From: Amoebophrya sp. A120
Lineage: Eukaryota; Protista; Dinoflagellata
Direction of reading: 5' to 3'
Assembly: GCA_905178155.1 (NCBI GenBank)
Contig: CAJINV010000024.1
Location: 440,689-504,688 of the forward strand
Length of the DNA: 64,000 bases
Shown: piece by piece, positions 61,736 to 64,000 of the stretch
Layout of the letters: every line of letters begins with the position of its first letter
Numbering within the stretch: position 1 is the stretch's first letter
The notes under the pieces: model-generated
Database searches by the model: none
Told to the model about the DNA's origin: nothing
The model's input: the letters and a program-made list of their open reading frames with translations, nothing else
Program-made: the position numbers and the translations under genes

Positions 61736-63639
61736 TGGGTTCACCCCCTTTTCATCTTCTTGCCTCACCTATTTCGCTTCTTTTAGTTATCGCCCCGGCC
61801 CTTTGCTTTTTTTTTTTTGTCTATCTTCCCCGCCCCTTAGAGTGGCTTGGCCACGGAAGGGCGTTGGCAGAGTAGCTTGGTAGGCGTTTCGGACAATGTT
61901 TTTTCCCGGGCTGGATGTGTTGCCCTGAAACGTAGGTCCTTGGGCAAAATATTTCTGCCCGGAGGGGGGCTGCCAGAACATTTCGGCCGAAAGGGGGTCG
62001 GCGGTTGAGGAAATGTTTTTGTGCAAGGATGATGGGCACTAAGAAAATGCTCTTTTTGAGGAACAAGGCGGGCTTGATGGCAAATTACTCTCGGCCCGCC
62101 CCTGACCAGACGCTTCAGTGAACTATCATTCGCCGGGGGGCTGCAAAAGATACTCTGTCGATGGAAGGGCTGCTCGTGCGTAATATTCTAGCTATGAGGC
62201 TTACGCCTTTTTATTTGTAAAGAAAGCGCCTCCGCTCTCGCTTCACCCCGGCCAAGACAAAGCCGGCCAGATTTGAGCCCAGTGGGGGCAGCTCGTTAGT
62301 AGCCTTTCGCAAATTTCCAATGAGGCAAGAAATGCGTGCTCTCCGCGACTTAGGGATCGCTGAGGCTCCTAGGCTGCGGTGCCTACGCTGGTGCCCATGA
62401 ATTGATGCGGAGCGGGGGAATGGCTGGAGAAATACCTTACTTCTTCACGGGGGGATAAAGTTACTTCTTCATGTAAGTAGATGTGCTCGGGTGAAGCACC
62501 TTTCTTCTTTTTGTTCGAGGGTGTTTCGCTCTCCGTTGTCGAATAAAAAACGATGCTGGCCTCCTGAGGAGGCCACGAGCGAGGGACAGCCCACTGAGGA
62601 ATTTCTCCACGGAGGAGTTCAAAAAAAATAAACTGGGCGCATTTTTCTGGTCGAGAAGCCGTGAGGGGTCGCAGTCGTCCTCTCTGTCAGAGAGCGGAGG
62701 CGACTCCGCGGCCTGCAAAGCGAGGCAAAGCCGTTCTGCGTCTTGGTCTCTCCAATGCCAGTTTGCCACGGTGCCAGCCTGAAATGGGTTTGCGCAGGGT
62801 CCGAGGGCGGCACTTTGACAAGTTCCAAAAAACGCCGCGCATTTATTTTGTAGGCGCGCAGCGAAGATTCGCGTTCTCCGGCTTTCACGAAAAACTGAAA
62901 GGAAGCTGGGTCGAGCGCCACTGCCCCGATTTTGGGTTCCAAGGGGCCGGCCCTGCCTGGCGGGGCTCCAGCCGTGGCTCGACCGTGTGGGGACGCATTC
63001 TGCGCCAGTGATGTGGGCACGGTACTTGAAGCGTTGCATGTGCCCTCCGCGCACCACATTGCGAACTGCCAGCCCTTCGACACGATTGCACTACGCACGC
63101 GCGCCATGGCGCATTGTCGTGCTTATCTGTGTGCCTACCTGCTCGCGTTTTTGGTTGCACACCCGCCTGCCCCGACCTCTTCGAGGCGATCTCAGGTATG
63201 TTGGCCTTTGGGCAAGTTCATTTATTATGTGGGGTGCTATACACGTCGTCTGGCCATGCGCCTACATTCCTTGCCCGGACTGATTGCACGTCTTGGAGGA
63301 GGGTCGCAGTGCGACTGCGGCGACGTACGCATACCATAAAATGAAAACCAAAATCATACTCGGAAATAGGGGCCCCCACTTCGGGAACGCGAGGTCCCAG
63401 GCTCCCTCCCTGGGCGGCAGGAGCAGCCCCCGGGCGCCCTTCGGGGAAGGCGGTCTTCCGTGGGCCTTCTGGCGCTCCAGAAAGTTTCAGGAAAAGATGA
63501 CGCGACAACGCACGTCGCCCCTCCAGACACATTCCAGCGGTCACTACGGCGCCGGCTACCGGCGACACGCCTCCCGGCCCAATGCCCTGCCCCCCTGTGC
63601 CCCTCCCGAGGCTGGGGGATTGCCTAGCGGCCCACCGGA

Positions 63640-64000
63640 GGGTGTGCCCTTTCTTGCTCCTCCATTCCAAAAGCCGGGGAAAAGTTCACCGCTTTTGTGT
63701 TGTGTCGATGATTGCGTTTCTTTTTAGGCACCCCATCGCGCCAATGGCTTGGCTGCGGGCGGCTGTCGATGAGTTGCTTACCGGCTCCGCGGTGTGCCCT
63801 TTCTTGCCCCCCCCAAAGCCGGGGAAAAATGCACCGCCTTGGGGTTGTCGCTGAATTGTTTGGCGCCTCCTAGCGCCAATGGTCTGCGGCTGTCGTTGAG
63901 TCAATTGCTTACCGGCTCCGCGGTGTGCCCTTTCTTGCTCCTCCCAAAGCCGGGGAAAAATCCACCGCCTTGGGGTTGTCGATGAATTGCTCGGCACCAC
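63640..64000. repeat. ~130-150 bp tandem repeat running off the window end
   Basis: GGTGTGCCCTTTCTTGC...AAAGCCGGGGAAAA at ~63642, 63791, 63922. Confidence 0.85.

Noticed and set aside
61900-63600. Decayed retroelement or gene
   Set aside because: GC-rich overlapping ORFs on both strands with no motif I could recognise.

Overview
Eukaryotic genomic DNA, most like a dinoflagellate/Syndiniales (Amoebophrya-type) genome; this is inferred, with no database search. The ORF track is largely misleading. The real genes I could rebuild all lie on the + strand and are split by about 70 short inserts (mostly 200-330 bp). Typical inserts start 5'-TAT, end ATA-3', carry terminal inverted repeats (TIRs) of at least six unrelated sequence types, and are flanked by a 5-bp direct repeat (DR). 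Almost none has GT-AG ends. Removing each insert plus one DR copy restores long reading frames: a complete Ser/Thr protein kinase (6275-12439), four members of a family with a possible ubiquitin-like N-terminus, and about six members of a second, unknown family. The inserts therefore behave as transposon-derived, hairpin-defined non-canonical introns (introners). They occur in both orientations, differ between recent gene duplicates, and share one subterminal motif. The window also holds two ~20-bp-period palindromic satellite arrays, a ~3.7-3.8 kb tandem gene duplication and a few ordinary GT-AG introns. I could not identify a transposase, RNA gene or CRISPR array. Coordinates were counted by hand and may be off by a few bases.
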